64,000 nt of DNA from an uncultured delta proteobacterium (GTDB lineage: Bacteria; Myxococcota_A; Polyangia; Polyangiales; Polyangiaceae): the NCBI GenBank assembly GCA_963806225.1, contig CAWDXG010000004.1, positions 2,464,001-2,528,000 on the forward strand, written 5' to 3'. Below the pieces are notes generated by a model that ran no database searches, was not told the origin of the DNA, and was given only the letters and a program-made list of their open reading frames with translations. The translations under genes and the position numbers were made by a program. Position 1 is the stretch's first letter, and every line of letters starts with the position of its first letter. Below are positions 61,506 through 64,000 of the stretch, one piece after another.

Positions 61506-62405
61506 GTGCAGCGCCCGCTTCCCATTGTCTCCCCGGTAGGGCGCTCGCGCGAACGCGCCTTCGGCGGCTATGCGCGTATCGCCATCGCCGCCTCGCTGTG
61601 GGGCACGTGGAGCCTGTTCTTCCGCCCGGCGGAGCGGATGCAGCGCATCGCACCGGCACTCGAGGCGTTCATCGTGTTCGCGGTCATCCTGATCGCAGTT
61701 GCGCCCGGGGCCTGGCGCGACCGACCAGCGGCGCGGCGCTCCGGAGGCGCGTGGTTCTTGATCGTCGTGATCGGCGCCGGCGATGCGCTCAATGCGCTGC
61801 TCTTCTTCAAGGCAATGCAGACCACGAGCCTCGCCATCGCCGTCCTGTCGCACTATCTCGCGCCGGTGTTGATCGCCACCGGCGCGCCGTTCGTGCTCGG
61901 CGAGCGGCTGCGCGCCGGGACGGTGCTCGCGCTCGGGGTCGCGCTCGGCGGACTCGTGCTGTTGCTCGACCCCTGGCACGCGGAGACGGGAGGCGCGGCC
62001 GCCGGCGCGGTCCTGGGCGCCGGCAGCGCGGTGTTCTACGCCACGAACATCCTCATCACGAAGCGCATCCAGCACCTGTTCAGCCCGCGCGAGATCCTGG
62101 CCTGGCACATGCCGGTCGCGCTCGTCGTACTGGCGCTGTGCATGCCCGCGGGCGGATTTGCGATCGCGCTCCTGCCGCTGTTGCTCGTCGCAGCAGCGGC
62201 CCTGCTCATCGGCGCCCTCGCCGGCGTGCTGTTCCTGTCCGGGCTGTTTCGCGTCGACGCGAGCCGCGCCGCGGTGCTCACGCTGCTCGAGCCGACCGTC
62301 GCAGTGTTCATCGGCGCCCTGGTGTGGCACGAGCAACTGGGCCTTGTGGGACTGTTCGGCGCTGCGCTCGTGCTGGGCGGCGCGGCGGCTGTGATGAGAA
62401 AGTGA
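61506..62405 (+). CDS. EamA/DMT family transporter
   Basis: About 10 TM helices; A.LWG, HYLAPV...LGERL, A.RAAVLTLLEPTVA...HEQL. Confidence 0.88.
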   Translation: MQRPLPIVSPVGRSRERAFGGYARIAIAASLWGTWSLFFRPAERMQRIAPALEAFIVFAVILIAVAPGAWRDRPAARRSGGAWFLIVVIGAGDALNALLFFKAMQTTSLAIAVLSHYLAPVLIATGAPFVLGERLRAGTVLALGVALGGLVLLLDPWHAETGGAAAGAVLGAGSAVFYATNILITKRIQHLFSPREILAWHMPVALVVLALCMPAGGFAIALLPLLLVAAAALLIGALAGVLFLSGLFRVDASRAAVLTLLEPTVAVFIGALVWHEQLGLVGLFGAALVLGGAAAVMRK

Positions 62406-62452
62406 CGGCGCTGATGCGAATAGCCGCAGCCCGTGGCGCGTTCTGTGACAGC

Positions 62453-64000
62453 GTGCGGGCTGAACGGATATGGGCGCTCGGCGCGGCAATCGCGCTCGCG
62501 ACGGCGTGTCACCGCGCACCGTCCGCTGCCGCGCACTCCGACGGCGGCACGCGCGCCAGCCCGCCGCCGGCCGCCAGCTCGACTCCCGCGCCCACCAAAT
62601 CGGTCCCACCGGCCAGCGCCCACAAGACCACGGCCGCTCCTCCGGACACGACCTTCAAGCAATTCGGCGCGAAGCTCGACAAGCTCTGCCCCCAGCCGGA
62701 TTCCGGACAGACGACGGGCAGCATGGTTGCGGCAGGCTATGCGAAGGCGCGCTGCTTGAGGGAGTACGTGCAGAAGCAGGCCCGGAAGCTCCCGAAGGCG
62801 ATGCGAGCCGCGTTCGCGGCCGGCCCACCCGATCCGATCGTGAAGGACGCCTGGTCGCCGGCGTGGCTCCGTCTGGAGGAGTCGGTGTGCGCGATCGGTG
62901 ACGCCGAGCGGTACACGAGCGGGATCCGCAGGGCCGTCGGATCGATGCGCTACATCGACGAAGCGTTCTGCGAGCGAGGGCCATATGCCCAGGCCGCCTT
63001 CCTGGTGGACAGTCTGCTTGGACACGACGCCGCAGGCTTCGCCGAGCACGTGCTCGCCGCCGCGCCCGCCGGACGGAAGCGGCTGGCGGCCGCGCGACGG
63101 GCTCTGACGGGTGTCGAGCGACTGCGCAAGCTCGCGCCGGAGGACTCGCTGTTCAACGACGAGTGCTGGAGCTGCGTGCTCGCCGATGCCGACTGGCGGC
63201 GCAAAGCGCTGCATCTGCGCGCCATCCTCGATGAGTCGAAGACGCTGGGGAGCGCCATGTGCAGGAGCTGGCCGGAGCTCGAAAAGCGGCTGGGAACCGG
63301 CTGCGCCGAGCTGGTACGCGAGCACTTCGCGTCCTACCTGGCCGAGGATCCGGGCCCCTTCGGACAAGGCGTCACCGCGGAGGACTACAAGGGCCTGCCA
63401 CCTCCGAAGGACGCGGCCTACCGCGCCGTGATCGACCCGATCATCGACGAGTGCCGCAAGAACGAGAGCCTGCACTACTCGGATCTCGGCTACGAACGGA
63501 AGTACCTGGGGTGTCTGCGCCGGCACTTCGCGAAGCTCGCCGCGGCTACCGCGCGCTTCCACGACGTGAAGCCAGAATGGACCCGCTTCCAGCAGGCGCT
63601 GTGCCAGGTGGAGGACGATGCACAGCGGAGCGACCTGGTGAGCGGCGTTGGCGCCCGCCTCGAGCGCGAGATGACGTTCCACGTGCGCTCGCTCGAGTGC
63701 CCCGCGCTGACCACCGCCCGCGGCATCTTCGTCGTGCACGCTCTTGCTGGAGACGACGCAACGGCGTTCGTAGCGCACGTCAAGGCCCGCGCGGCCTGGC
63801 TGCCGACGGTGAAGCGCGGCCTCCGGGAGCTCGGCAGCACTGCGCGCGCCGCGCCGTGCAAGAAGGAGTTCCCGCGGGTCCCGAAAGGTTGCCGCCCCAA
63901 GGCGCTGGCCACCGTGCACTGGGCCACGGTGAACCCGCACCTCGCCGCACTCCAGCCAGCCGCCGCCGCGCTGGGCAAGGCCCTCTGCAGCGCCTGGCCC
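62453..64000 (+). CDS. Hypothetical Cys-containing helical lipoprotein with an internal tandem duplication (runs off the right edge)
   Basis: Not in the ORF track. GTG at 62453 gives VRAERIWALGAAIALATAC and is open to 64000. Repeated segments: AFLVDSLLGHDAAGFAEHV...LGSAMCRSWP and IFVVHALAGDDATAFVAHV...LGKALCSAWP. Confidence 0.7.
   Translation, partial: MRAERIWALGAAIALATACHRAPSAAAHSDGGTRASPPPAASSTPAPTKSVPPASAHKTTAAPPDTTFKQFGAKLDKLCPQPDSGQTTGSMVAAGYAKARCLREYVQKQARKLPKAMRAAFAAGPPDPIVKDAWSPAWLRLEESVCAIGDAERYTSGIRRAVGSMRYIDEAFCERGPYAQAAFLVDSLLGHDAAGFAEHVLAAAPAGRKRLAAARRALTGVERLRKLAPEDSLFNDECWSCVLADADWRRKALHLRAILDESKTLGSAMCRSWPELEKRLGTGCAELVREHFASYLAEDPGPFGQGVTAEDYKGLPPPKDAAYRAVIDPIIDECRKNESLHYSDLGYERKYLGCLRRHFAKLAAATARFHDVKPEWTRFQQALCQVEDDAQRSDLVSGVGARLEREMTFHVRSLECPALTTARGIFVVHALAGDDATAFVAHVKARAAWLPTVKRGLRELGSTARAAPCKKEFPRVPKGCRPKALATVHWATVNPHLAALQPAAAALGKALCSAWP

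Overview
A very GC-rich window from what looks like a Myxococcota (Polyangiales-type) genome. The assignment rests on a MYXO-CTERM-like tail, Gly-rich linkers, Cys-rich repeat lipoproteins and giant kinase-AAA-TPR proteins. The left third carries a clustered anaerobic aromatic-degradation module: hcrC-hcrA-hcrB-mocA (4-hydroxybenzoyl-CoA reductase-like) and had-dch-tetR-bcrC-bcrB-bcrA-bcrD (class I ATP-dependent benzoyl-CoA reductase). It has a candidate TetR operator and an unexplained ~103-bp palindromic tandem array upstream of hcrC. The middle holds three acyl-CoA dehydrogenases, a GAFTGA-less enhancer-binding protein, a block of Cys-rich surface proteins with an ECF sigma module, and deaD. 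Next come a B12-radical SAM gene, an FNR-like regulator and a lipoprotein with atypical CXnCH motifs and a hydrazine-synthase-alpha-like C-terminus. A recurring FNR-like box (WTGAC-NNCC-ATCAT) lies in four intergenic regions, and two copies sit inside a 45-bp near-identical direct repeat about 13.7 kb apart. Six single-base frameshifts (all one extra base) and one in-frame TAG are most likely long-read errors. No rRNA, tRNA, CRISPR array or transposase was recognised. All calls come from reading motifs by eye, without database searches.
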